DNA from: a virus
Strand: one strand, 5' to 3'
IMG/VR virus record: IMGVR_UViG_3300043434_000700
Coordinates: 3,642 to 67,641 of that record
DNA length: 64,000 nucleotides
Part shown: positions 28,740-39,044 of the stretch, one piece after another
How the letters are laid out: each line of letters begins with the position of its first letter
Numbering within the stretch: the first letter of the stretch is position 1
Notes under the pieces: generated by a model
Databases searched by the model: none
Seen by the model: the letters and a program-made list of their open reading frames with translations, nothing else
What the model was told of the DNA's origin: nothing
Translations under genes and position numbers: made by a program

Positions 28740-31133
28740 TTAGCGTGTACCATTGGCAATCGCGCCAGTGTTTACAACACGAACTGGAATATAGATAAAC
28801 TCAGCTGCCTTAACTGGCTCAATTGCCACGTCAATGTACAACTCGTTTCTATCAATTCGAGCAGGAGTGTTGTTTGTATCATCACAAACTACTAAGAAGT
28901 CGTATACCGCACGTTTAGAGTACATGTCGGCTAAGAATGCGTTAAACACACTCAAAATACGATTACGTGTACGCTGGTCGTTTGGTTCAAAGATGAACGG
29001 ACGAGCAATAACTTCAAAACGTTCACGCAAGTAAGCCAACAAGCGACCTACGTTTACGCGGTCAAGTGCAGAGTTGCTTGGATACAATGTCTTTTGACCC
29101 CAGATATATAAACCTTGGCCTGGGAAGTTAACCAATGGGTTAACATTCTTTTCGTACAATGCATCACGTGAACCTTGATTCAACGCAACTGGAACGAATT
29201 CGTTTTCTGCATTAACTGTACCTAAGTTACTGATACCACTTAGAGCACCGCGGACTAAACCAGCTGGAGCAAACCATGGATAAGCAATTTGGTCGTTATA
29301 AGCAATGCCACGTAGAACTGAGTGACTTGCTGGAACTGCAACATCGTTACCGTCTAAGTCTGTCGATAAACCACTTGGGTAGTAAATAGCGGCACTGCCC
29401 GAACGTGTTACTAGGCCATCTGCACCGTTAGTGCCGGCGTTAGTACCTAAAGACCAGTTAACAACATCAGTAATCTTGTTGCTTAACTTTAACGGAGTGT
29501 CAGCAATAACGAACGCTGTTTCTTTACGATCTAAGTTCAATGTAACCATTTCGTCGATACATTCAACATAACCTGGAGTAGCAATAATGTTGAACACTAG
29601 TGTTTCTGCACGTAGTTCATCACTGCTTGTTAGTGCGGCTTGTAAACGCTTTACAACAACACGGCGTTGTGCTTTGTCGAACATGTATGGGGAACCTGCT
29701 TTAGGACCGCTATCAACGTTACCAGATTCCGACTGCCAGAATCCTTCTGTTGCATTCCATGCTTTTACGTTACCAGAGCTTACTGCGCTGTTCCATAACA
29801 ACATACCTTCTGGATAGTAAGCTGGGTTAGGAGCTTGGTCATCCATTGGGTTAGCGCCATTGGCAACACCGCTTGTGTCACCTGCTTCAGCTGTTAAGTC
29901 TGCAAACAATACACCATCTTGTGTTGTTTGGTCTGCATTGTCCTTAGCAACCCATTCGCTACCGTTCCATACTTTCAAGAATGGATAGTTAGCCATGTCA
30001 TTAGTATCAACCCATACGTCACCAAAACTTGGGTTAGTAGGTGCAATGGTGTTTACATCAATTTGAGAAGCTGCCTTCCAAATTGGTGTATCATCAACTG
30101 TTGTCTTAACATAAACGTCAACCATTGTGCCTGCGTCATACCATAACTTACCGTCTGGTAATGCGCCTGTTGGGGCTGTATCAGATGCACTTACTGCTGG
30201 AGTTGCCCAAGCAGAGCCGTTATAACGTTTGATTTCAAATTTAGCTTCGTTCGTAGTTGCAAATTGGAGATAAATGCTGTTTGTTACTAACTTTGTACCA
30301 AATTCTGTTGTAGCTGTAGCGTTATCAACATAACCAACCAATTGGTCAACATTGCCAGCGCCAATTGTTTGTGCTGTCCAGCTTTCAGTAGAAGCATTGT
30401 ACTTTTTAACTTTTAAAGACAAGCCAGAATTTGGACTTGTTGTCTTAAACCATACTGCGCCAACTGTTGGAGTTGGGACTTGGTAGTGTGGTCCAACTGT
30501 TACTGTTGTGCTTAGGTTGCCAGAAGTAACTGCGGCCCATACTGCGCCACCTTCTACGCCTTCTACTTTTTTGTAGAAAGTTTTTACTGCACTTGTTGCA
30601 TCTAATGCATAGTCGCCTAAGGCTCCTTCGCCGGCGCCTGGAACGCCGTCAGATACTAACACTGACTTAGCTACCCATGCAGAGCCGTTACCTTCAAACA
30701 AGCCCCATGTGCTTGCACTTGTATCTAACCAGTATTGGCCGTTTGTTGCTGGGCCAGTTGGAGCTTCTGCTTGTGGCTCTAATTCTTCCATGTTGAGGTC
30801 AGCACGTACTAGAACAGCACGGTTAGCAATACCTAGGTAGTAATAAGCGGCAAGCAAGCCGTATTCGTTTAATTCGTGACCATGTACAGGTGTACCGTCA
30901 ACGATAGTGAACTTTGGTTCACCGTATAATTGTACCAACTCTCGTTGGCTTGTAACAATAAGTGGTTTCTTAGCGAAAGGTGCAGTAGTGTATTGTGCAA
31001 CTGAACCATCTGGTGATGTTTTATTAGAACGTGTTGCTAAGACAATAACTGGAACTGTACCAGTGCCTGCAGATGCGTATGCGCTTTCGTCAATAATTGA
31101 AACGCTTACGCCTGGGGAACTTAATTGAGCCAT
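28740..31133 (-). CDS. 18: tail sheath protein
   Basis: LSSPGVSVSIIDES N-terminus; PWFAPAG..RG, WGQKT, LDRVNVGRL, FEPND and IEPVKAAEFI motifs. Confidence 0.95.
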   Translation of the reverse strand: MAQLSSPGVSVSIIDESAYASAGTGTVPVIVLATRSNKTSPDGSVAQYTTAPFAKKPLIVTSQRELVQLYGEPKFTIVDGTPVHGHELNEYGLLAAYYYLGIANRAVLVRADLNMEELEPQAEAPTGPATNGQYWLDTSASTWGLFEGNGSAWVAKSVLVSDGVPGAGEGALGDYALDATSAVKTFYKKVEGVEGGAVWAAVTSGNLSTTVTVGPHYQVPTPTVGAVWFKTTSPNSGLSLKVKKYNASTESWTAQTIGAGNVDQLVGYVDNATATTEFGTKLVTNSIYLQFATTNEAKFEIKRYNGSAWATPAVSASDTAPTGALPDGKLWYDAGTMVDVYVKTTVDDTPIWKAASQIDVNTIAPTNPSFGDVWVDTNDMANYPFLKVWNGSEWVAKDNADQTTQDGVLFADLTAEAGDTSGVANGANPMDDQAPNPAYYPEGMLLWNSAVSSGNVKAWNATEGFWQSESGNVDSGPKAGSPYMFDKAQRRVVVKRLQAALTSSDELRAETLVFNIIATPGYVECIDEMVTLNLDRKETAFVIADTPLKLSNKITDVVNWSLGTNAGTNGADGLVTRSGSAAIYYPSGLSTDLDGNDVAVPASHSVLRGIAYNDQIAYPWFAPAGLVRGALSGISNLGTVNAENEFVPVALNQGSRDALYEKNVNPLVNFPGQGLYIWGQKTLYPSNSALDRVNVGRLLAYLRERFEVIARPFIFEPNDQRTRNRILSVFNAFLADMYSKRAVYDFLVVCDDTNNTPARIDRNELYIDVAIEPVKAAEFIYIPVRVVNTGAIANGTR

Positions 31134-31140
31134 TTGTGTA

Positions 31141-31212
31141 TCTCCGTAATCTAAGGGATCATACCCTTTACGAAGATATTTAGCGCAAAGTGCTAAATTT
31201 GGCCCTATTTAC
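31141..31212 (-). promoter_or_regulatory. tandem late promoters and RBS-covering hairpin of the sheath gene
   Basis: TAAATA at 31177-31182 and ~31206-31211; TCTTCGTAA/TTACGGAGA stem covers the GGAGA SD. Confidence 0.6.
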
Positions 31213-31233
31213 CGGAAAATGCTATTTTACAAT

Positions 31234-31857
31234 TTACTGGACAATCGTTGCTATACGTTTGTATAGATCATCAACAGTGCCATTGTTATCTAGTATATAG
31301 TCAAAATTGGTTCCAACCCATGCTGTTTCGCTGGCATGAATCTTTTCATTGGCTAGCCAATTTGCCGCTGACTCTACACCTTTGTTTGCTTGTACTGCAA
31401 TGTCAACCCAATGTGGCTGAATTCCGCGTTCGACACATACAACAATACCGCCTGCATTTTTGATTGCTTTAATTTCATTAGGGAAACGGCAGTCACTGAT
31501 AACAATACTGTCTTTGCTATTACGCAACCGTGCTTCTAAGGAAGCAATCCAAATGTCATCGTGGAAGCTACGACGACAAACTTCTGTGCCCCAAAGCTGT
31601 AGCACCAGACGTGGAGTAAGCTCGGGCATTTTTAAACGCTCTGCCCACCATGGATCAACTTGTTCACGCCATTCGCGGGCTTGTTTTGTACGCCCTTCAA
31701 GCAATTCTCGGTCCCAGCCAAATACGGCTGCAACTGCATCTTTGAGGGTAGCGGCAAATGAGTCTCGTCGAAACTCATGGAACTTAACCAGGTAATCTGC
31801 GGCGGTGTCCTTGCCGCTGCCGATGAGTCCGCAGATTCCAATAATTTGTTTATTCAT
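31234..31857 (-). CDS. 1: deoxynucleoside monophosphate kinase
   Basis: GLIGSGKDT, SFA..LK, LQLWGTE, ISDCRFPNE and H.SE motifs. Confidence 0.9.
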   Translation of the reverse strand: MNKQIIGICGLIGSGKDTAADYLVKFHEFRRDSFAATLKDAVAAVFGWDRELLEGRTKQAREWREQVDPWWAERLKMPELTPRLVLQLWGTEVCRRSFHDDIWIASLEARLRNSKDSIVISDCRFPNEIKAIKNAGGIVVCVERGIQPHWVDIAVQANKGVESAANWLANEKIHASETAWVGTNFDYILDNNGTVDDLYKRIATIVQ

Positions 31858-31896
31858 GTGTTATACTAACATAACTGCACGACAAAATCAACAGTT

Positions 31897-32523
31897 TTAC
31901 TTTTCGTATTTTACCATAAAGTCAGAACAGGTTCTAAACATTTGTGGAACTAGGTTTTTCTCTTTATCAATTAGTCTATGCAGGTCTGCAAATTCCTCTG
32001 CATAGTTTACTGCTCGTAATGCGTTTAGCACCAATTCAACACAACTGACATGAGTGTCATCAGACAGATCAAACAAGTCATCGTAAGGCTTGCCCTGTTG
32101 CTTTAACAAGGCATCAATGATCTTGGTCCATTCTGCGTTGTCAATGTTGTTTGGTGTCAGCAAGCATACAGTGTCGCACTCAAACACTTGATCAAAAGTG
32201 GAATAATGTACGCCTACACCTGTTGCTTCAACAAACTTAAAGCTGGCAGTGTCTGTAGGATCAGTAATGTTGTCGCAGTTCATTAGTGCATGGCTGTAGT
32301 TAGCCCATACTCCTGTTTTAACCCATGACAAGAATGAAACTACAATGCTACTTAGATGATGCTTGTCTCCGGTTAGAATAATATAATAACCGCTAGCCAA
32401 CAAGCGGGCAAGCTCATCTCGATCAGTTACCGTAATATATGTTTTCTTGCTCCAGGAGATTTTTCCCGGAAGCATTGCAATCCAATGATATATTTTATAA
32501 AGTAGTGTAGAATATTTTGACAT
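31897..32523 (-). CDS. permuted papain-like NlpC/P60 amidase (YiiX/YebB-like)
   Basis: YSHAL, VEATGVGV, GKPYD..F and SCVELV: His before Cys, the permuted order. Confidence 0.7.
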   Translation of the reverse strand: MSKYSTLLYKIYHWIAMLPGKISWSKKTYITVTDRDELARLLASGYYIILTGDKHHLSSIVVSFLSWVKTGVWANYSHALMNCDNITDPTDTASFKFVEATGVGVHYSTFDQVFECDTVCLLTPNNIDNAEWTKIIDALLKQQGKPYDDLFDLSDDTHVSCVELVLNALRAVNYAEEFADLHRLIDKEKNLVPQMFRTCSDFMVKYEK

Positions 32524-33272
32524 TATCCAAAAATAAACCCTAGTGGAGTACCACCGTCAGCAAATGTTTTTAAGTCGTCATCTAACTTTTCAAGTTCGGC
32601 TTGTGCCTGTGAAATTAAGTCGTTACCGTTTAATGTAACACCACCCTGCGGGCCAGCTAGCTGTGCAAATTTAGAACGTGCTTGACCAAGCATCATCTTT
32701 GCTTGTGCTGTTGCATAATCTCTAATCCAAGGACCCGAACTAGTGTCGGCTAACAATGCTTCATCTGGACGATAGTTATAAGTGTGTAGCAATACTGATT
32801 CTTCACCTTTGATGTTGCGGTGTAGATTAATTTGCTTACTTGTTTGGCTCCATGTAAATGTAACATTGGCACCAAACATACGTCCCAATAACTCGCGCTG
32901 TCCCATGTACAATTCAAACGATAGTAGTCCTTGACCACGTGCGGCATTAAGCATATACATGTTTAAGTACGCGGCTTCAAATGGTTCAAACGTTGTACTT
33001 GTTGTACCTACTCCACCTGCGCTTGCACGGTAAACAACCTTAACGTCAATGACTTCATCTGGGAGAGTGTATGAGCTATTGCCTTCTGTTAAGTTTAGTA
33101 GCATGAAGCTTTCTTCTACTGCTCTACTTGAACGTTGGCGATATTTGCCAACGGCTTTATCAATAGCTAGGTCGTAGTGTTCTTTGTCTAATTCGACATC
33201 TACTAAGCCGCCGCCAAGCATTAGCTCAATGTTTTTTGCGGCTTTAGCACGTTGTGTTGTGTTGTTTTGCAT
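32523..33272 (-). CDS. 13: neck protein gp13-like
   Basis: LGGGLVDVEL, WIRDYATA..K..LGQARSKF..L.GPQGGVTLNG. Confidence 0.85.
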   Translation of the reverse strand: MQNNTTQRAKAAKNIELMLGGGLVDVELDKEHYDLAIDKAVGKYRQRSSRAVEESFMLLNLTEGNSSYTLPDEVIDVKVVYRASAGGVGTTSTTFEPFEAAYLNMYMLNAARGQGLLSFELYMGQRELLGRMFGANVTFTWSQTSKQINLHRNIKGEESVLLHTYNYRPDEALLADTSSGPWIRDYATAQAKMMLGQARSKFAQLAGPQGGVTLNGNDLISQAQAELEKLDDDLKTFADGGTPLGFIFG

Positions 33273-33307
33273 GTGCAGTCTCCAGTATTATTTACCGAAG
33301 ACTGCAC
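33273..33307 (-). promoter_or_regulatory. late promoter inside an RBS-sequestering hairpin
   Basis: GTGCAGTCTTCGGT-AAATAAT-ACTGGAGACTGCAC directly before ATG. Confidence 0.75.
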
Positions 33308-33316
33308 TGCTAGTCC

Positions 33317-34528
33317 TTACTTGATTGCGCGAAGCAGGATTGTTTCTGGACTAATTCGTCCTTTTAGCTTGGTCTCAACACTTTTAATAGTATCCATAAA
33401 CTTACGAAGCCCGGGCTTACCTTGCGTTTTAAACTCAGCTAGCTTTTCTGCAGGCTTGCGTAGTGTCTTGCAGGTACTCTTAAGTTCGTCAAAACCAACA
33501 ATAGCAGAACCTTTAACACCAAGTGTGCTAATAGCCATATCCCCGTGTGTAGATACTACGAAGCGGCCCAACTTGCGTGTCTTAGTATTGTAAGTCCACA
33601 GCTCGCTCATGCCCAAAATCTCAGTTGGGTTAATACTCTTAAGTCCAAGTTCAGCAAACTCCTTAAGATACTTGAGACTTTTAACTTGACGCTCAGGGGG
33701 GACTGGCTTGCGCTTGGGTTTGGCACGAGTAGCAATCTTGCTTGTCTTATATGCCATAGCATCGTTAATAATGCTTTCATACATTTTAATGTATGCCTTA
33801 ACTTCACGCTTGCCTAGATGCTTGTATGCTTCCATCAACTGACCATCTTTGCCTTCAAGCAATTCATTCATTTCGTTGATGCGTGGTTGAATTAGATCCA
33901 CAATCTTTGACGAGTATTGTACTGCAATATTTGCCACTGACAGCAAGTGGAATACCTTAGGGTCCTTGCCATCTGTAATAAAGTCGTCAATTGCTCCTTC
34001 GATATCACCCATTGTTTCGCTAAACTTTTCGGCCAGACGATCTTGGATAGTTTCTTTCTTTACAACAGGAACATCTTTTTCTGCTTCAACTTCGTCAGCA
34101 TCATCTTTGCCTGCTTTTACAGACTTTTCAATTTCAGCTTTTAACCAAGCGGCAGTATCTCGTCCTTGATTAAATCCAGGGTGTACTGCGGGCATGCCTC
34201 GTACCAAGCATGCGGCAACACCGCAAAGTGTAGAAGAAACACGAGTGTCTTTTAGTTTACGGAATTCTGCGATAGCATCTTTCTTATACCCTGCAGATTC
34301 CATCCACTCTGCTACTTTTGGACGCAACTCTTTGGTGCTACTTTCCAGTCGGTAGTACTCCATAGCACGACGGAAGTGTCGTGTAAATTGCTCGCCATCG
34401 AACTCTACGGCACCTTCCCAACTTGGGCTAAAGTCCTTAACTCCGCGGCCGCGTTGGGCATTTACTTGTTTAGCAGTGACCCGTGTTTTCTTGACAGGTG
34501 CCGCTTTTTTCTTGGTTGCAGTAGCCAT
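33317..34528 (-). CDS. hypothetical early protein
   Basis: 403 aa; GGAG RBS; consensus sigma70 promoter. Confidence 0.8.
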   Translation of the reverse strand: MATATKKKAAPVKKTRVTAKQVNAQRGRGVKDFSPSWEGAVEFDGEQFTRHFRRAMEYYRLESSTKELRPKVAEWMESAGYKKDAIAEFRKLKDTRVSSTLCGVAACLVRGMPAVHPGFNQGRDTAAWLKAEIEKSVKAGKDDADEVEAEKDVPVVKKETIQDRLAEKFSETMGDIEGAIDDFITDGKDPKVFHLLSVANIAVQYSSKIVDLIQPRINEMNELLEGKDGQLMEAYKHLGKREVKAYIKMYESIINDAMAYKTSKIATRAKPKRKPVPPERQVKSLKYLKEFAELGLKSINPTEILGMSELWTYNTKTRKLGRFVVSTHGDMAISTLGVKGSAIVGFDELKSTCKTLRKPAEKLAEFKTQGKPGLRKFMDTIKSVETKLKGRISPETILLRAIK

Positions 34529-34559
34529 TTCTTACTCCGTTTAGTGTCGCAATGATGTT

Positions 34560-34588
34560 ATTATAACTTATCAGTGAACTCCTGTCAA
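34560..34588 (-). promoter_or_regulatory. consensus sigma70 promoter
   Basis: TTGACA-17-TATAAT; a divergent late box TAAATA lies at 34593-34598 on +. Confidence 0.85.
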
Positions 34589-34638
34589 CCGGTAAATAAC
34601 ACTAAGAAACAGGTCCTTTTTGGTCCTGCAGGGAAAAC

Positions 34639-35730
34639 ATGCCTAAATTATCACTTTGGAAAAACGCTAAAACGCAAGATTACCACTATCAGGACCGCTT
34701 GATCCGCGAAGCTGTGGGTGCAGGCGGCACCTCTATACTGATCCACAAATATCTTGGACCAGCGGCTGTTGAAGATGGTTCTGATCCTGCCAAGCCAAAC
34801 TTGGCTGAAAAGGGTGAGATCAACGAAATGGATATCCAGGACATTTTGTTCATGGAAAACCGCGATCGTGTGTACGATACAACTGTTTATGAACTTCGTG
34901 GAACTTATAATGTAAGCGATCAAGACTTTGATTTGAGTCAGTTTGGTTTATTCTTAAATGCCGACACCTTGTTTATCACCTTCCACACCAACGAAATGGT
35001 AGAACGATTGGGCCGCAAACTAATGGCCGGCGATGTGCTTGAATTGCCTCACTTGAATGACGACTTGTTGTTAGATGCCAACGCAAAAAGCATTAACAAA
35101 TTTTATGCTGTTCAGGATGCCGCACGTTCAGCAGAAGGTTTTGGTCCAACCTGGTGGCCACACTTGTGGCGTATCAAAGCCGCACCTATTAACGATGCAC
35201 AAGAGTATCGTAGCTTGCTGGGCGATCCTGAAGATGAAGATAGTTTGAAAAATGCGTTGAGTACGTACAACAAAGAAATTGCAATTTCAAATGCCATTGT
35301 TGCGTCTGCTGAAGTTATTACACCAGCCGCTGGTTATAAGAATACAGAGTTTACTGAATCAACTTATGCTCCAGTTATCAATGGATTTGACGGATCTGGC
35401 GAGTCGAGCCTAGCTGTTAACTCTTCCGAAAACGTAGCAGTTGGCGGTGATACTACCCACATCAATTCTGGATTGTCATTCCCTATTGATCCGTCACAAG
35501 GTGATTTGTTTGTTAGAAATGATTTCCAACCACAACGACTATTTGTGTATCGTGGCAACAAGTGGCATAGACTTGCCGACAACTCAGCTTCAACTGGTTG
35601 GGCAACATCTGCAACTAATGCAGGACCGTTTATCAATAATTCAGCAACTACAACAAATAACGCTGGTGAAACTATTCCACAACGTCAAGCACTAAGTGGT
35701 GTATTTGTTAAACCTAAGGCAGACAATTAA
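34639..35730 (+). CDS. 14: neck/head-closure protein gp14-like
   Basis: LFMENRDRVYD, LSQFGLFL..D.LFITFH, GDVLELP; next to gp13 and gp15. Confidence 0.7.
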   Translation: MPKLSLWKNAKTQDYHYQDRLIREAVGAGGTSILIHKYLGPAAVEDGSDPAKPNLAEKGEINEMDIQDILFMENRDRVYDTTVYELRGTYNVSDQDFDLSQFGLFLNADTLFITFHTNEMVERLGRKLMAGDVLELPHLNDDLLLDANAKSINKFYAVQDAARSAEGFGPTWWPHLWRIKAAPINDAQEYRSLLGDPEDEDSLKNALSTYNKEIAISNAIVASAEVITPAAGYKNTEFTESTYAPVINGFDGSGESSLAVNSSENVAVGGDTTHINSGLSFPIDPSQGDLFVRNDFQPQRLFVYRGNKWHRLADNSASTGWATSATNAGPFINNSATTTNNAGETIPQRQALSGVFVKPKADN

Positions 35731-37085
35731 TGGCACAACAATATTTTTATGACCACCAAATAAGACGTTGGTTACTACAATTCATGAGACTGTTCGGAGG
35801 CTTTAGTGTAAAGATGGGCAAGGATGCGACTGGTGCAGATAACTATCATCAAGTGCCTGTGCGCTATGGCGATACAACTCGTATGAGCCAACACATACTT
35901 CGCTCTAACAGTGAAAACACTATTCTAAGTGTTCCTGCTATTAGCTGTTACATCGCCGAGCTTGTTCCAAATGCTGAACGCCGTATGACTCCTTCGTTTG
36001 AAGATAGCGTACAAATTTACGAAAAGAAATATGATCCAGTAGGACAAACATTTGAAGATGCTGTCGCTGAAACTTACACATTAGAGCGTCACGCACCTAT
36101 CCCGTTTGACTTGACAATCAACGTTGATGTGTGGACTAGTAATACAGAACAAAAGCTACAACTACTTGAACAGATTCTATTATTGTTTAACCCAAGTGTA
36201 AACTTACAAAGCAGTCAAAACCCATACGACTGGACAAGTTTAGCAGTAGTTGAACTAATTAACGTTACATGGACTGCACGTAGTATTCCACAGGGCACTG
36301 ATGATATCATTGATGTTGCAAGTTTAATCTTCTCGTTGCCTATCTTCTTGACACCACCTGCTAAAGTTAAGCGTCAGGTCCTTATCCACAGTATCTTAAA
36401 CAATATCACTGGTGACTATCAGTTTATTGACGACATTACAATTGGTCTTAATAACAAGCCTATTTCATCGCGACAGTGGATTACATTCAAGGATAGACAC
36501 ATCCGTGTTACTAACGATTCAATACAATTGCTGACTAATAGAAACACTACAACTGACACAGAAAATGTTGTACCAGCAACACTACGCTGGAACGAACACT
36601 TTCAAAACTATGGTGGGTTTAAAAATGGTATCACTGAAATTAGATTAAAACTTGGAAGTGCAATAGACCCGCACGAAGTAATTTTAAGAATCACTGAGAA
36701 TACCGAAAACGAAAACTTATTGTTCTATACGGTGGATACTTCGACACTTCCTAACGATACTATCTCTATGATCAATGGTGTAGTGGATCCAACACGAAGT
36801 GCTCCAGGTAATGGCAACATTCCGCCTGTGCAAGCTGGCCAGCGTTACTTACTAACTGAATCTGTTCCGCAAACAGGATTATGGGGTACAGTGATTGCAG
36901 ATGCCAATGACATTATCGAATACAACGGAAGCAACTGGATTGTTAGCTTTGATGCAAGTGCAGTCAATGCACCTGCTTATACTACCAACGCAAACACCAT
37001 GGTCAAGTTGTACTACACTGGCACTGAATGGGTAGTAGCTATTGAGGGAATATTCGAACAAGGCTACTGGCGCATTGTCAACTAA
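35730..37085 (+). CDS. 15: tail sheath stabiliser/terminator gp15-like
   Basis: YFYD.QIRR...QF..LF, VPV.YG, P.PFDL, QLLEQILLLFNP. Confidence 0.82.
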   Translation: MAQQYFYDHQIRRWLLQFMRLFGGFSVKMGKDATGADNYHQVPVRYGDTTRMSQHILRSNSENTILSVPAISCYIAELVPNAERRMTPSFEDSVQIYEKKYDPVGQTFEDAVAETYTLERHAPIPFDLTINVDVWTSNTEQKLQLLEQILLLFNPSVNLQSSQNPYDWTSLAVVELINVTWTARSIPQGTDDIIDVASLIFSLPIFLTPPAKVKRQVLIHSILNNITGDYQFIDDITIGLNNKPISSRQWITFKDRHIRVTNDSIQLLTNRNTTTDTENVVPATLRWNEHFQNYGGFKNGITEIRLKLGSAIDPHEVILRITENTENENLLFYTVDTSTLPNDTISMINGVVDPTRSAPGNGNIPPVQAGQRYLLTESVPQTGLWGTVIADANDIIEYNGSNWIVSFDASAVNAPAYTTNANTMVKLYYTGTEWVVAIEGIFEQGYWRIVN

Positions 37086-37093
37086 ATATTTTT

Positions 37094-37525
37094 ATGAGAG
37101 CTGTTGGCGCATTAATCGTTAGTAAGAAAACAGGGAGAGCTATGATGCAACTTCGTAGCCCTTCTGAAACGCATAGCATGTGCTGGGGCTTATGGGGTGG
37201 CAAGTTAGATGGCAATGAAGGCGACCTCGAAGGACTAAAGCGAGAGTTGTGTGAGGAGCTTGGTTATCCAGGCGTTCCAAATACTATTGCAATGAGTCAC
37301 GTGTATACTTTTACAACTCGAGACAAACGCTTTCGCCATGTTAGCTATTTGATATTGTGCGAAGAAGAATTCGTCCCTACAGTAGACGAAGAAAGTGCTG
37401 GCTACTGTTGGGTTAACTTGTGGGAATGGCCGCAACCGCTACATCGTAATACTGCAAAAATGTTTAACAGTAGGGGCTTTCGAGAAGCATTAGAAGGTTT
37501 ATTGGATGGCGTTAAGAGTAATTAA
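37094..37525 (+). CDS. Nudix hydrolase
   Basis: Nudix box GGKLDGNEGDLEGLKRELCEELG. Confidence 0.88.
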   Translation: MRAVGALIVSKKTGRAMMQLRSPSETHSMCWGLWGGKLDGNEGDLEGLKRELCEELGYPGVPNTIAMSHVYTFTTRDKRFRHVSYLILCEEEFVPTVDEESAGYCWVNLWEWPQPLHRNTAKMFNSRGFREALEGLLDGVKSN

Positions 37526-37937
37526 AAATACTTTGCGCCAGCCAGAAATATATACAGGGCCGCATCGACAAATTGATGTAGAGCAATGTTGGCAAAGTCA
37601 CTTAAACAATCCGCTGTTAAATAAGCTATATAAAGATTCTGTATGTTACACAGAACGTTGGTACTTAGAAACTCGTCGACTTATAAACGAAGAACTATGG
37701 TATCATCCGTTATTGACTAGCTTATTGTTAGACGAAAAACTAAAACTTGATTTGATAAAAAGTACTATCGTTGATGCTGTTAACATGCGAAGTATCTTAA
37801 ACGATCAACGTTATCCAGAGTTTCAGTTGTCAGCTGGTGTTAACTTAAAAAAGCTCACTCGCTGGTGTGCATTTTTTGTTAGCTTGCCCGATTCACATGA
37901 AACTCTTGTTGCCCTAAATGGCCAATCTCCCGACTAA
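37506..37937 (+). CDS. hypothetical protein
   Basis: 143-aa ORF overlapping the Nudix gene end. Confidence 0.6.
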   Translation: MALRVIKNTLRQPEIYTGPHRQIDVEQCWQSHLNNPLLNKLYKDSVCYTERWYLETRRLINEELWYHPLLTSLLLDEKLKLDLIKSTIVDAVNMRSILNDQRYPEFQLSAGVNLKKLTRWCAFFVSLPDSHETLVALNGQSPD

Positions 37938-38535
37938 GATCCAAGTCACACCAAATCTTGATTTCATTGTGATCAAGTAAATCACAAAATCCCATATCTT
38001 CACCATGCCATGTTGAACTTGGTGCATGCCACTTTAGCGGAAAGTGCGGGCTTGGCATTTCATCTGCAATAGATGCTCGCATTAACAAGCAACCAAATCC
38101 AGTGTAACGTACTTGAGTCAACCCGTGTCCTGTAGTGTCAACTGGCTCTACTGGTTCTATAGAATGAAATGCAGTTGGATGGAAAGGCGGTACACGTTTT
38201 GAATATGTTGCACATACCACTTTCTTTTTGTGCTCTAATAGTCTAACAATGACATCTTCAGGGAATGTCATGTCGCTGTCAAGCCACATGACGTGTTCTG
38301 CATTGTATTTGTCAACTGCAAGATTAAGCAACACTTGTCGTTGGTTGCTTAGTACTGTGCCAGCATCCATTTCAAGTATTACAGGAATACCTTGTTGTTC
38401 TGTGTATTTGATAGCTTGAACCAAACAGTAGGTAAACTTTGCATGTACCATTCCGTTAGTGGGAACACAGACCACAACCTGCTCACTTAGAACAGGTTGA
38501 TGGTCAAACACACTACGAGCCGACTTGCCGAACAT
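37879..38535 (-). CDS. glycosyltransferase, GT-A/GT2-like
   Basis: VCVPT, R..L, WLDSD (DxD), TGFGCLL, GEDMGFC and IGHLG motifs. Confidence 0.8.
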   Translation of the reverse strand: MFGKSARSVFDHQPVLSEQVVVCVPTNGMVHAKFTYCLVQAIKYTEQQGIPVILEMDAGTVLSNQRQVLLNLAVDKYNAEHVMWLDSDMTFPEDVIVRLLEHKKKVVCATYSKRVPPFHPTAFHSIEPVEPVDTTGHGLTQVRYTGFGCLLMRASIADEMPSPHFPLKWHAPSSTWHGEDMGFCDLLDHNEIKIWCDLDLSREIGHLGQQEFHVNRAS

Positions 38536-39044
38536 TACTCTTCAGAATCGTCAACGTTGGCCAAATTGGCTTTGCGTTCTGCTAGTCGTGTTGTCTTGTT
38601 AATAACGTTCAAGAAGGTTTGGCAACGGCTAATAGTTTGCTCATACAACTCTGCTGGCAACTTTAACATTTGCGCCATATTTTCAGTTGTAACATTCTGG
38701 GTCAATGCTTCGACTGCGGCTTTGCGTGCAAGCTCTTCGACCCAGAATTGTGGTTCTGCTTCTTCAACTGCTGTAGCAATGTCTGTACCAATTTCAGCTT
38801 GTAATTCTGCAATGCGTCCGTTGATAATGTTCATCTCATTGAGAATAATTTGTTTTTGCCAATCGGTTGTTGCTTTTTCTAATTCGCTGTTTAAGAATTC
38901 CATCTCTTGGCAAAGAGAAACTAACAAGCGCGGTCCGCTTGCTACGCTATATACAAAATTTTCTCTTTCAAAATTTGTACGGAATGGGACTTGTTTTAAT
39001 ACTGCTCGTGTATTGTTTAGGATTTCGTTTTGAGTTAGTGGCAT
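38535..39044 (-). CDS. hypothetical coiled-coil protein
   Basis: 169 aa; AGGAG RBS; coupled to the glycosyltransferase. Confidence 0.7.
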   Translation of the reverse strand: MPLTQNEILNNTRAVLKQVPFRTNFERENFVYSVASGPRLLVSLCQEMEFLNSELEKATTDWQKQIILNEMNIINGRIAELQAEIGTDIATAVEEAEPQFWVEELARKAAVEALTQNVTTENMAQMLKLPAELYEQTISRCQTFLNVINKTTRLAERKANLANVDDSEE

